A stretch of 61,201 bases of DNA from Thelocarpon superellum. Its lineage: Eukaryota. The stretch lies in NCBI GenBank assembly GCA_026025795.1, contig JAPEUG010000063.1, positions 1 to 61,201 of the forward strand, in the 5' to 3' direction. Both the position numbers and the translations under genes were made by a program. Numbering within the stretch: the first letter of the stretch is position 1; every line of letters begins with the position of its first letter. A model generated the notes under the pieces. The model did no database searches, had not been told where the DNA came from, and saw only the letters and a list, made by a program, of their open reading frames with translations. Shown one piece after another: positions 1-11,470 of this stretch.

Positions 1-80
1 CCATCCCACCCATCCCATCCCTTCCCACCCATCCCATCCCATCCCATCCCATCCCATCCCATCCCATCCCATCCCATCCC
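1..80. repeat. (CCATC)n pentanucleotide microsatellite, truncated by the window edge
   Basis: Direct tandem CCATC units with a few variants; lies downstream of the Argonaute stop codon. Confidence 0.95.
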
Positions 81-179
81 GTCCAGCCAATAGCCAATCA
101 AAGCTCATTCGCCAAACGGCCCTAATCACTCACTAGATGTAGTCCTAACCGAGCTCCCAAATGTAGACATAGACACAGA

Positions 180-3100
180 CTAGATGTAGAACATCGTATC
201 CTTCAGGTACTCGTGAATACGGACATCTTCCGGCGTGGCGGTCATCACGGCCGGCTGACCCGACACGCTCTGCGCCGGCGTACCCGCAGCCGACTCGGCA
301 TTGTACAGCCGGCTGAGATAGCAGCGGGCGCGCTCGCACACCAAGTCGGCGTAGTAGGCGGGCGGACAGATGCTGACGGCTTTGGTGGCCCGGCCGAACA
401 GATAACACATGTTGTGCGTCAGCTGCTCGAGCTCATCCGCGACGGTGGTCGTGCCCGTCTTGGGGTTCGGGTTGCGGTGCCCGAAGATCTCGTCGTGCAC
501 GATGAAGTAGTGCGCGGGTCGAGCCGTCCCCTGCAGCCCTGCATGCGCCTGGAGGAAGAAATCCCAGTTCCGGGCTTCGGTGACGCCGCGGTCGACGACT
601 GTGCCGTTCTTCGGATTCGACGATCGATCTGCGTCATCCTCTTTCATGGGGTAGAAGCGTGTGTGGTGCCGCTTTCCTACCACGATGATGCTGATCCGTG
701 GGAGTCCTTTCTTCACAGCGTCGGGCGGGTAGATGCCCTTGCATCCTGCGCGGAGCAGGGGCAGCTCCTCACGAAGGACCGTCTCGTATTGTCCTTCGCT
801 GACGCCGTCGCGGTACACCAGTACGTTGTCGGGAGGTGCCCTGTTCTTGGTCCGCCACAGTAGGAGTCGAGACTTGAACATCGCCGCCAGGTCCGAGACC
901 ATCTCCTTTCGCGACTCCTGGATTCTTAGATCGGCCGGCCACTGGCCGAGGTCTCTCCCCACGCTGGCCACGATGCCGGCTACGCTCGGCGCACCTTTGG
1001 CCGAGCCAGGAGACGGATGTGTCACGTCAAGCCCAACCACCATGGTTTTACCCTCGGCAATGATCCCGAGCTTGGCGGCTTCAAGCGTCTGGTTGACACC
1101 ACCCCGTTTCAAGTTGACCTTGTGCGCGACGTTGGCAAAGTACATGTCCTCTTGCTTCGCAAACTTTGACGCCACGACACAGACGGCATGAATGCCGGCT
1201 TTGGTGTCGGCGACAAACTTGACTCGATTGTAGATCGCCGCCGTGGTGTCGGGTAAGATGACGAGCATGAACTTTGCCTGTGTCTTGGAAAGAACCGTCT
1301 CGAAGGCCTCACTGATCTTTTGGTCATTGATCTCGCGATTCTGTCCAACTTGCACATTGAGTCCCGGTATCAACGGTGGCGGAGCCGTCACCCCGACCTT
1401 TCCCAGAGCTTGATAAAACGCTTTCATCGCCGGAAGTGGGCCTGCTTGACCGAAGGGATCGCGTTTGCCCTCCATGTGGAGGACCATGAAGGACCAGATT
1501 CCGAGTCCTGCGCCAGTGGTGAATTTGACGTCCCTCATGTTCCAGCTCCCGAACTGGGTTCTGGCCTGCGCGTTGCCCGAGTAATTCACCGCTGGTCCGG
1601 TCAGAACCCGACCCGGGACCACAATCATCTCGGCCGTGACCGATATGCCGAAAGGAGCCAGGGCACTGCCACCAGGGGTCCGCAATCCAATCACTTGTCC
1701 TCCGTCCGTGACGATCGATCTGGCGTTCTCAGGAGGCTTGCGACAAGCGAATTTGAGCATTGCTTGTGTTTGGTCCGGCGTCAGCTTCTGCATTGAGCTT
1801 TGGCCGGGCAGCACCTTGCAAACTTCGGCTGGAAGATAGATAGGGTTCTGCCGATTCCCGACGTTTACCACCGGTAACATCTTGTTCTGAAGCTTGATGT
1901 TGTGCTCTGTCAAGCGTCAGCTTTGTGCCATTGTGCCATTGCTCCACAACAAACGCGCAGCTTACCTCTCTCGAAGAAGGCCGAGACACTGGTGTATCGA
2001 TTGGGTGGTTGCCGCGCTCCAGGTTTCTGGCTTGGGCTGGCGCCCGGAGGAAGCCCTTGAAAGAATTCAATTTCCCCGGGATTGGCCGCATACTTCTTCA
2101 TCCGAGGCGGATTCGGTTGCCCCTGGCCATCGTTCATCGTCGCCAGTCCGAAGATAGTCTTGATCCGACGCGTGGGTTGACCGTCCTTGTCCGTTTTCGT
2201 GCGCAGATGCGTTACCTGCACGCGGACCTTCTTCAAGAACTTCTCCAATGCAACAGCGTTGTGGCCATGTGCAACGGCGAATTTTTCTATCAGGTGATCC
2301 AGACGGATCTCTGGATAGACCACCGTGTTCGAGACGTTGACGTTGAGCAGGATGCGGTACGTGGCCACTCGAACGCTTGAGAAGAAGCCTCGGAGAGCAT
2401 CCAGACCTCCCCCAAGGTCCATGGCTTTGGCATTGGCATTGCTTCCAAAAGGGAAGAAGCGGTTTCGCCCAACGCAAGCAACATCCGGACTGGTGCTCGG
2501 GTAGCGACCGAGGACGAGGTTAAGCGCCTGAATGGCTTGCTCGCGGCCCTGGTATGAAGCACTGGCATTGGTCGACTTGAGGTACGTTAAGAGATCCGCG
2601 ATGGTGAAGACGCCAGTCTCTTGGATCAAGACGCGGTATCTGATCGCGTTGTCTCGAGGAGTGAGCTCATCTTCGAATCGATATGGCAACTCGAGTTTCA
2701 GCCGGTTTTTTTCCAGTCGGGATCGGGAGACGATCGTGGCCGCGTTGTCGGTTGCCACATGGTCATTGATCGGTGCGAATTCGGGGTGTTCGAATAACAA
2801 CGCGAAGATGCGTCTAAGTTTCTTGCCTGTAGCCGCGGGGGTGATCTGCGCGCTGTAGCGATAGAGGACCAAGTCTCGCGTGGGAACCACTTCGAAATAG
2901 TTGGCTCGAAGAAGGACGGCTTGGCCCAATTTTCCGTATGACGGCCGGCGGGGGAAGTCGTCCTTGATGCTCAGGGACGAGAGGGACGTCTTCTGGTTGA
3001 TGAAGTCGTCCTCCGCCTTGGTGACCTCCAGACTCGGCGTTGTGTTGGCGCTACCCTGGGGACTGTTTACGCGGTCAGAACCATGAGTCTCGTGAAAGAT

Positions 3101-3342
3101 AGGGGGTGACCATGCGAGAAGACTTCAACGGGACCTCCTCTACCACCTCCGCCTCCGCCTCCACGACCTCCGCGGCCGCCGCGGAAGCCACCGTCGCCTC
3201 CACGGAAGCCTCCGCCTCCTCCACCTCCGCGAGGCTGGCCGTACTGTTGCCCTCCAGCCCCACCACGGCTCTCTGAAGCTCCTCGGCCACCTCGGCCGAG
3301 GCCACGGCCACGGCCACCACGGTCACTCTGCTTTCCAGACAT
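180..3342 (-). CDS. qde-2: Argonaute, QDE-2-like (RGG N-terminus, N/L1/PAZ/MID/PIWI); ~1016 aa; exons 3342-3116, 3062-1966, 1906-180
   Basis: Motifs FPRRPSYGKLG..LRANYF, YLPAEVC, GLDVTHPSPGS, YRDGVSEGQY, GKRHHTRFYP, FFLQAH..LQGTARP and PPAYYADLVCERAR. Both introns are phase-compatible; intron 2 is GTAAGC..GCTGAC..CAG and intron 1 appears to be GC-AG. Confidence 0.95.
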
Positions 3343-4532
3343 GATCACAATATGATCCAAAGTTAGATAATTCGTGCTGTCGAGCGATGGGGTGTAAGAT
3401 GTCCTGACATCTTATCTGCAACCCCGCTCGATAGGATGAACCAAGAAGACAACGACACGTGATGGGTCAGTGAAGCCCAATCGGCTGTCGACATGATATG
3501 TGTCTCTAGGTGAGGTACTGTCTACAAGGTGGTTTGCTCGTTTATTGGTGGTCACGGATAGCGACAGGGCATTCATTGACACGGATAAGTGCGTGGAAGT
3601 TCTGGGAACATTCCGTGGTGTTGCTATCCCTGCGTGTTCCTATCAGTACTCCGTACTATCAAGTATGGCGGGGATAGCGACAGCAGTACTCGCGACTGCT
3701 CCCTACTCGTACTCGTCCATGTGTCCGGCGGGGTCAGTGAGGCCCCGGTCCGTCGCCAAACCTGGGTCCCCCCACGACCACGGAGAGCTACCATGACAGC
3801 AGTTTCCCGGGAGCACCCCCACCGCCGCCAACGGCTATCCCGGGACATGAGGCTCCCGAAAGCACCCCGCGACATTCGCCTATCGCCCCATATCATGCTT
3901 CGACACTATCGTTCAGAGTTCATGTTGTCGCTCAATCACTCGCGGCGCAACCGAACTCCTGGCATTTGCAAGCTATATCTGCAAGCTTCCTTGCGCCTCT
4001 GGCTCAAGCGTGCCTGACATTCGCCAGTATCCTTTATGCGATTGGACCCAACGTCCCGGGACGCTCTCAGGATGCACCCGGAACGGTCACGATGCAGAAG
4101 TGGGGTGTCATCGTAACAGATTGTACTTGCGGGATTTGCGAGGGACACGTTTGTGCAGGGGTTTGGTCGCATCAATCTATCAATCGTGGCCCCGGCTGCG
4201 CGCTGTAATCGTGCCGCGAACATCCGTCCGTCCCCAACTGACAAGGAGAGGGATTCCAGACCACAACATGGGCGTCAAGTACTTGGTGTGTATCATCCTA
4301 GTACGTATGTATCGTGCCAGCGAAGCATGTCAGTTCGTCGTCGGATGGACGGAGCCCTGCAAGATCTACCATGCACGCCATCCATCTAGTCGATGGTTAT
4401 AGTTACCTCATGTCACTTCAAGCTAGAAAACTCCCGTCCCCAACCCATCCTATCCCGTTGGTCCAGTCCATCCCACACAAACGGTCCACCAGACGTCCGC
4501 TCATAATCCCAGCGATTCTGGCTTCCCAATAC

Positions 4533-5468
4533 TCACAACTCCACCTGCGTGTCACCGATGGGATACGCGGCAGGACCGAAATAGGTGATGAAGATCTCTT
4601 CAAGCAATTCATCGGACAACTCCATGTGGCGGCCGGGGGCGACGCGAAAATCCAGTCTCTTGGCTTCGTCAAGCGCGCGGAGGCCCAGCCAATCTTCCGT
4701 ATACAGAGCGCGCTTGCGAAGCGGTGTCACCTCGCCCGACGTGATGTTGACTTCTTGGAACCAAGCGCTCTCTTTGGGAATTATGGTCGTATCTTCGCTG
4801 AACTGGTACATGGCGAAGGCGCGGAGCTGTGTCAACTGGCGTCCGTACGAGGAGCGTTTCTCGTCTCGTTCATTGTTGATGTCCGCAAGGAAGTTGGAGT
4901 GCTCGAGATAGGCGTCAAACTCCTCAACGTCGCGGTAGTATTGCGCGGGCACGATACGCGACTGGATAAAATCGGACCAGGCATTGCTGCGGACCAGGCC
5001 CAACGCGCCCTGACAGAGCCAGTCGGTCGCATCGCACGACTTGAACTTGGCGATCCCGTTGTGTGGGCTCCCCATCGTCACCAGACTGCGCACGGGTGGT
5101 CGGTTGCAGCGTTCCACGTAGCCGCGGAGAAAGAGACCTCCTTGGGAGAAGCCGAGAGCGTCGATGGCGGGTGCGGTCGAAAGCACGGGGTCGGCGGCGA
5201 TGGCGGCACAGACATCCTCCAGCTGGACCGTCAAGTTGCCAAAGTAGCTGCCCGTGCGATCTTCCGACGCGTCTTCCGACACGCGGATGTTGTACACGTA
5301 GGTGCCAGGATGGACTTCGCTCGCGAGGTCGCCAATGCCCTTCATTCCGTCTCCCTGGTAATTGTCCCCAAGGCCGTGCCAGATCACCAGCGGGAGAGGT
5401 TGCCGAGCCGCGATCAGCAGGCCCTGGGCCACGCCCACCCATGCCGCGAGATACAGGAGCTGATGCAT
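4533..5468 (-). CDS. PPT1: Palmitoyl-protein thioesterase 1 precursor (secreted/vacuolar alpha/beta hydrolase)
   Basis: Hydrophobic signal peptide, PLVIWHGLGD, nucleophile motif GFSQGG, LVTMGSPHNG, VPAQYYRD, SNFLADINNE, GRHM. Confidence 0.92.
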   Translation of the reverse strand: MHQLLYLAAWVGVAQGLLIAARQPLPLVIWHGLGDNYQGDGMKGIGDLASEVHPGTYVYNIRVSEDASEDRTGSYFGNLTVQLEDVCAAIAADPVLSTAPAIDALGFSQGGLFLRGYVERCNRPPVRSLVTMGSPHNGIAKFKSCDATDWLCQGALGLVRSNAWSDFIQSRIVPAQYYRDVEEFDAYLEHSNFLADINNERDEKRSSYGRQLTQLRAFAMYQFSEDTTIIPKESAWFQEVNITSGEVTPLRKRALYTEDWLGLRALDEAKRLDFRVAPGRHMELSDELLEEIFITYFGPAAYPIGDTQVEL

Positions 5469-7727
5469 GGAGGGTGGAGAGATGAATCATTCACCATCAG
5501 GGGGAACACGGTGAGCTGGCGGCGTTCCTTGGAACCACAGGCGGAAGCTGAAAGGTGCTGTGGCGTCTGGGACATGGGGGTGCGTTAGCGAATGGTCGAT
5601 CGCCCAAGGCTGCCACGCAAGTCACGTGGATCGCTGGAAGCTGGAGCTCTCCCCGGATTACCAGCCCGCTCACGCTAATTGCGGAGAGTTAGCGACCTGG
5701 AGCCGGCTGCAGCTGACGACGTGGGAGTATGTAACTCACACTCGTCGCGCTTCCTCCCCTACCACTAAATGAACCTCCTCATCATCAACAACAGAAGTCC
5801 TTGGGTTCATCTGACCTCACCAATGAAATCGTTATGTGGTAAGCTTAAGTGGAACAAGTTCGACGATCTCAGCTCCAGGCTAAACTCCTACCAGCCGCTC
5901 ATTCCCAGTATTAAACTCTCCGTCAAGCCATTCGCCCCTAAACGACCTAGGTGAGGCGAAGATAGAAGAAGTCGTGTCGCAGCCGCAAAGGAACGGCATG
6001 GCTAGCTACACCCTTCGATCTCCAGTAACGCCCCCACATTTCGCTCCAGATGCGCGCTGGCTCATCCGGACATGAATGAAATGAAGTCCCTTCACTCGAC
6101 CTGGTATTGAGAAAACGTGATTCGCCAACGCACTGACCCATCAGGGCCTCCTCTGCATCGAGCCATTTTCCCACATTGCTTCAAACCCGGCCGTTCACGG
6201 CGCCACGTCGCGTAGGACTGGAGAGTTGCACTTCTCAAAGATGCCCTCGTCGGGAGAGCATGAACGAGGCTGATTCACGGGCGCACCGATGCTAGAGCCG
6301 ATGATGATATGTCAGCGCCTAATGTCACAGTATACGGGATCCGGGGATCCAGAGATGCTTACACGCTGGTGAGAAGGGCCGCGAGACAGACAAGGACGAA
6401 GCTGGTCTTCATTGTCGGCTTGGAAGTCGCGAAGATTTGAGGCGATAACGCGATGAGGACTGGTCAGCGATAGATGGTAGATCGAGCGAGTTGACGACGA
6501 AGATGAGCAGTCTTGGCTTAGTCGATGGGACAGTAGACGATGGGCGATTTGGATCTTTGGACCTCCTCCCTCTCGCTCCGAGGCGGTGGCCCTTATATGC
6601 GTGATTTGTTGAAGCCGCTCACGCGTCCGCATTGACCTCCACCGCCTCCAACCACGTCCTTCGCATCCTTCCGCACGGACTGGCCGGAAATCTTGATCCT
6701 TTTCCCCCTCTTTGCCATTCGCCCACCGTTGCCAGTGCGCTGGCGCGTCGACCACGCCATCCGTCCGTGATGTGCGAACTCTCGCGAGACTTTGTTGCTA
6801 CGCACCTCGGCGTTGGCATCTCGCCGTGCGCGCCTTGCCCGCGTGTTCGCTACCCTCCAAGCGGCCCATGTCGCGCCCCGGCTTGGCCGTACCCGATACC
6901 TCGTAGGGAGCCATCTGGTCCTGCTCCGGTAAGTCACGCTTGAGTACTACTTCCGTCGGTAAGGAAGGGTCGAATCCCTCTCGGTTGTGCAGATGACCGA
7001 TTAATATAGAACATCAAAGGGCGGGTGGTGCGTGGTGGGCTGATCTCCCCTCCACTACCGAACTACGGGGACGACGACCTCCGACGAGGGCCTCCTACGA
7101 GGCGTCTCGCACTACGGCCGGAGCACCCGGGATCGGGCGATAACCGGCTGTGTTGGGAGGGAAATCCCTGCCCTTCCAGCACCGAGGAGTACGAGTATGA
7201 GTACTGGCAAGTAGTACAGAGTACTGCGTACTTCCAGCAGACGTTTGGTAAACTACGTCGTACGAGTACACCGTTGCCTCCCAGGAGCCATATGCGTGCG
7301 ACCCATCTCGTACAAGGACTGGAAGGTTTACGTAGAACTGAAGACGTGGCATGAGCCTCACGTCACCACGAACTCGCTACACCTTGCCCTGACAACGCCA
7401 TCAGGACGCAATCGATGCGACACAGGTACGGCACAGCAACCGCGTTACTTGACGCCTTCCCCGATCATCTCCACTCCGGGCGAACGGGGCCACCACAAGT
7501 CGAATCCGAGTCTAAGCAGGTCATGCGACGGGAAGTATCACAGATAGAAAGAACATTGTAAGGGCAGAGTGGCGGGAGGACTTCTACGTGCCGCAAAGGA
7601 AGAGTCGAGAGGTAGAGATGAGACGCAGGAGGGACGTGCGTCAAACTACTTCGCGCGTACACCTATCATGGCCTAAGCATCACCCGGACGACCAATCACG
7701 CTTTCTCCATCCGAGCCAGCAACTCAT

Positions 7728-8417
7728 CTACTTCCTCGGATACTTGGTCTGGAAGAGATATCTGTCACGGTGGTCAGTGTAATCCATGCCGTCATGGCCG
7801 AGGGCCGAGCACTCACTGGCTGAGATAGTAGTCTCCTGCCGCAAAGAGACCCACTGCGCCGGTCCAGAATCCCACGACGCCCCATGAGAGCTCTCCCGCG
7901 GCGTACTTTCGATATGCGCCAAAGCCCAGGGCGGCGCTAAGGGCGGCAACGACGACGGCATTACCGATCACGACCGGATTATCCGCGTTTGCCTGGACCT
8001 TCTTCCCGGCCTTCTTAGCCTTCTCCTTGGCCTCGTGATGCTTATGCTTGAGCTCCTGCTCGGTCGCGCGTTCCTTGTCCGCGGCCTCGTGCTCAAGTCG
8101 GTTGGCTTGGGTGCTGGTCTTGACCGACTGCGACTCGTAGTCCGAAGGGACGGTGTTGACGTGAGGGCTATCCACGTCGACCAAGGACTCGGTGTCCACG
8201 TCGGAGTGCACGACCTGTGGTGGAGCTGGTGCGCGGCTATCGGTGAGACGGGTCAGCGGGAGGAGTCCATGGGCGGATCGATAGAAGCAGCACGCGCGCA
8301 GGATGCACTCACGCCTAGACGAGATCAGTAAGAGCTACGACCGGCCAAGGGCGGAGAATAACGGACCTCTTCCGGGCTCTGTTTTGGGCCTTTTGCGGCG
8401 GCCTGAGCGTAAGACAT
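7728..8417 (-). CDS. Mitochondrial outer membrane OM14-like protein; exons 8417-8367, 8314-8313 (2 nt), 8236-7817, 7761-7728
   Basis: Spliced product MSYAQAAAKGPKQSPEEARAPAPP..SLVDVDSPHVNTVPSDY..ANADNPVVIGNAVVVAALSAALGFGAYRKY..YLFQTKYPRK. All three introns are GT..AG with branch sites. Confidence 0.8.
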
Positions 8418-9124
8418 GTTGAGCAACTCCGCACGGAGGTGGGTACTGATGAAAGCTGGGGCACCTCGTTCTCAGAGGCGGAGACGAGGATAGAGGCGGA
8501 AGATCAGTAAGGCCGTGGGAGAGTGGAATCAGGAGCGAGACTGGAATGCCTCGGTGAGATTGGAGACGAGCGAGCGCGACCTTGCACCTGGTTGCTGGTC
8601 GGGTGAGTTTCGGCTTCGAGGTCACGAGTGGTCGCAACCGGAGCAGCGACGAAAATGCGATGGAACTGGGCATAGGGTCCGTGGGGCTGGCGGTGGTAGC
8701 TAACCGCTGCTCGCTACAAGTACTTCGTACTTCTTACACGCCAGCCGCCAGCCGCCAGCCAACCAGCTACTTGTGGCTGGAGCGTGGTGTCCGTCTACGT
8801 CATGTGGCTTGGCGGCGCGCGTCGGCTACAGAGCTCCAGGAAAACAGCACACTGCCAGTCTCATTGTTTACAACGCATCTCATTTCGTCCGCCGGCTTCT
8901 TTTCCCTAGCTAGACTTACGGCGGCTAGTAAGAAACACAAATCGAAGGGGATGCTTCTGAAGGATATCTTGCACGCAAAATCTTGGAGGTCCTCGGGACG
9001 CCTCGGATTGTAATGGTACTTGTGTATGGGTGCCATCACCATGGGCGCAATCAAAATATGTTCTATACGCCAGCGACGCTGAGCGCATCTGGTTGCGCCA
9101 GGTAGAATAATACAACATGAAATC

Positions 9125-9499
9125 CTACGTTGCGCTTCTGGAAACAGGGGATGGATCTCGTGAAGACCGTCACGCCTGCCGACCTCGACTCGATGACGCT
9201 GTCACGAAAGGGATTGTTCAGTCGGAGATTTCGACAAGCTTGTCGGCTTGCGACGTGCAACCAACCGGTCGCAAGGCCTGGGCCGTCCCATGGCCGATCT
9301 GGCCACGGCCGGCTTGGCCTTGGGTCCGCTGTACCGTGTCGAACAAGAGCAGCAAGCGACTCTTCATCTCGACAAGGTAACCGGGAGTCTCGCTGGCGTC
9401 GGCATTGAAGTTCTGCAGTCGATGGAGGACTTTCCCACTAGGATTTACCAACTTCAAGATTGCTGTGACGAGACACTCGATTGCGAGCGCCTCCACCAT
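9125..9499 (-). pseudogene. Decayed SesA-like (fungal NACHT/NLR N-terminal) domain fragment with in-frame stops
   Basis: MVEALAIECLVTAILKLVNPSGKVLHRLQNF..EMKSRLLLLFDTVQRTQ..ALRPV.GC resembles the SesA pattern (EALA..GLV.AI.QLV..G.KV..RL..F). In-frame stops at 9220, 9172 and 9127; no NTPase domain follows. Confidence 0.55.
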
Positions 9500-10034
9500 A
9501 AGACGAAGCACGATGATGGCTGACAAGGAAAGAGATTGGAGACTGGACGCTGGACGGTCTCAGGGTATATGGTCTGTCGCTCGGGTAGAGGATAGAGCAT
9601 GCCATACCGCAGCCATGGGAATAGAGGGGCGTAAAGAACAGAACCCTTGACTTTGACGCCCATCGTGGAATACTCTACCGATGGGTGGACTGCGGAAGGT
9701 TAGTCTTCAGCCTTGCCGGTGCGCGTCATCGGGCTGTGTTGACGCCGCCTGTCTGGAGTACGACTGGAGTCCACCGTACTCCGTAGCTGTACGGTGGACA
9801 TGCACATTTCTATCTAGCGCAACATTTGGCGCCAATCGGATGGCGGAATCCCGGCGAGAGAATCGTTCATTCAGGATACGGCAGTGCTAGAGAGAGACGT
9901 CTTGGGCACGACAGAGTCGAGAGCTTGCCATTGAATACTACAGGTTTGAGCAAATCGCTCTCTATATGCGAATGCAACAAATCCAACATTTTGTACATTG
10001 TGGTAAGAGTCAGGTCGTGGGGGCCAGTTCGCTT

Positions 10035-11112
10035 TCATCCCTCCTTGAACCTCGTGTCATGTGGAACCTTGGGTACAGGCTCCTCGATCTCGCTCTGTAC
10101 CGTCACGTTCTCGACTTGGGCCGATGCCGCCTTGTCATGATCACGTGTTGCCGATACGTGGTCCTTGATTGCAGGAGTCTCGTTGGATCCCACACGGGTC
10201 ACCTTATCTCCAGACGTAGTTGTACTATTCGTCGCGGCGGAGGAAGCGGTAGGCGAAGGGGCTGACGGTTCATGCACCGAAGAGGCCGTCGGCGTGGCTT
10301 CTGCGGACGTAGCGGGTCCTTCCGGGCCTTTGCCTTGACCTTCGCCTTGATCCTCGTCATCCTCGTCTAGCTCGGCGCCATAGACGTCGGGGTGCTGTCG
10401 AAAACAATCTTGCATGCCTCTGTCGATGACCGTCAGCAGGTGCGTGGAGAAGAACAGAAGCCCATGTGCCATCTTACTTGAATCGGTCAATGCAGTCCAT
10501 GCCTTTGGGCTCCTCCTTGGAGTACACGAAACAGCTGAAGGCTGCTCGAAACTCCTCGCCACACGGGCCATGTGCCATGCCTCCCAAGCACGGGCAGTCC
10601 CAGTTGATCTCGCCCGTTTCTTCGTTGAATGCGCCCTGGCTACTAGCCTCATCTTCATATTCTTGCGGTGTCTGCGGCGACCGTGCTGTGTCGTCGACGG
10701 CCTCTGACGACGCCTGGTGTGCCACGGATGCCGCTTCTTCGGCGATCCGCTGCTTTTCGGCGACGAGCACCTCGAGTGACGGTGGGTCGGGACTCGATTC
10801 TTGGACCAGGGGCTGCTTTGCTTGCGCCACTGAAGCTGTGAGTTAGTTTTTCGACAGTCCTCAGCTCGTGGAATACCCACCTGCTGCTGGCGTCATGGTG
10901 GCAAAGAGATCGCTGGTGTTGTAGTAATAAACAGCCCCAGCCGCCAGACCCCAGCGGATTGCTCGGCCCCTCCATGTCCGAGATTTCGACGATGTTGCCG
11001 CTGTACTGGCCGGTCGATGAGCCTGGCATAACCGGGGAGGGCGAGAAAAAGTGGCTGGAGGAGCTGTCGGACGCGCTCTAAAAGGGAGCGATCGAGGCGC
11101 TGCACGAATCAT
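10035..11112 (-). CDS. MIA40: Mitochondrial intermembrane space import oxidoreductase Mia40 (3 exons)
   Basis: Arg-rich presequence and a TM segment ([11 protein letters not shown]), then [47 protein letters not shown], i.e. CPC plus twin CX9C. Confidence 0.95.
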
Positions 11113-11470
11113 GACCAAATGATCAGAGAATGATGCTAAGACAACCAAGGAAATGTCGACATGACTTGAACTGGGGAATGAGGGTGGCTGGTGGCTAGGT
11201 GCACAAGGATGGTGACGGTGACGGAATGGATCCAAGAAGCTGCCGATTCGTAAGCGGCACTTTCTTCCACCAGATCGCATCCGCCTAACGGTCACAGTTT
11301 CTCGGTCATGTGAAGACGCGCTGGCTGGGTCGTTGGCGAGGCTGGGGCCGCGTCTGCCCCCACCATCGTGCATCACACCACAAGACCACAAGGATCTTCG
11401 GTCGGTATCTTGGAGCACATAATAGCATCATGCTTCATTGCCAGGCTATCTAAGCCTTGGCCCGCTACCC

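Noticed and set aside
1..80. (CCATC)n as a telomere or CRISPR array
   Set aside because: It is not the TTAGGG-type unit and has no spacers; this is an ordinary microsatellite.
4314..5588. 424-aa plus-strand ORF
   Set aside because: It is the antisense shadow of PPT1 in GC-rich DNA and has no motifs of its own. The same applies to the long antisense ORFs over the Argonaute, MDH1, JEN1, AAA-ATPase and medA genes.
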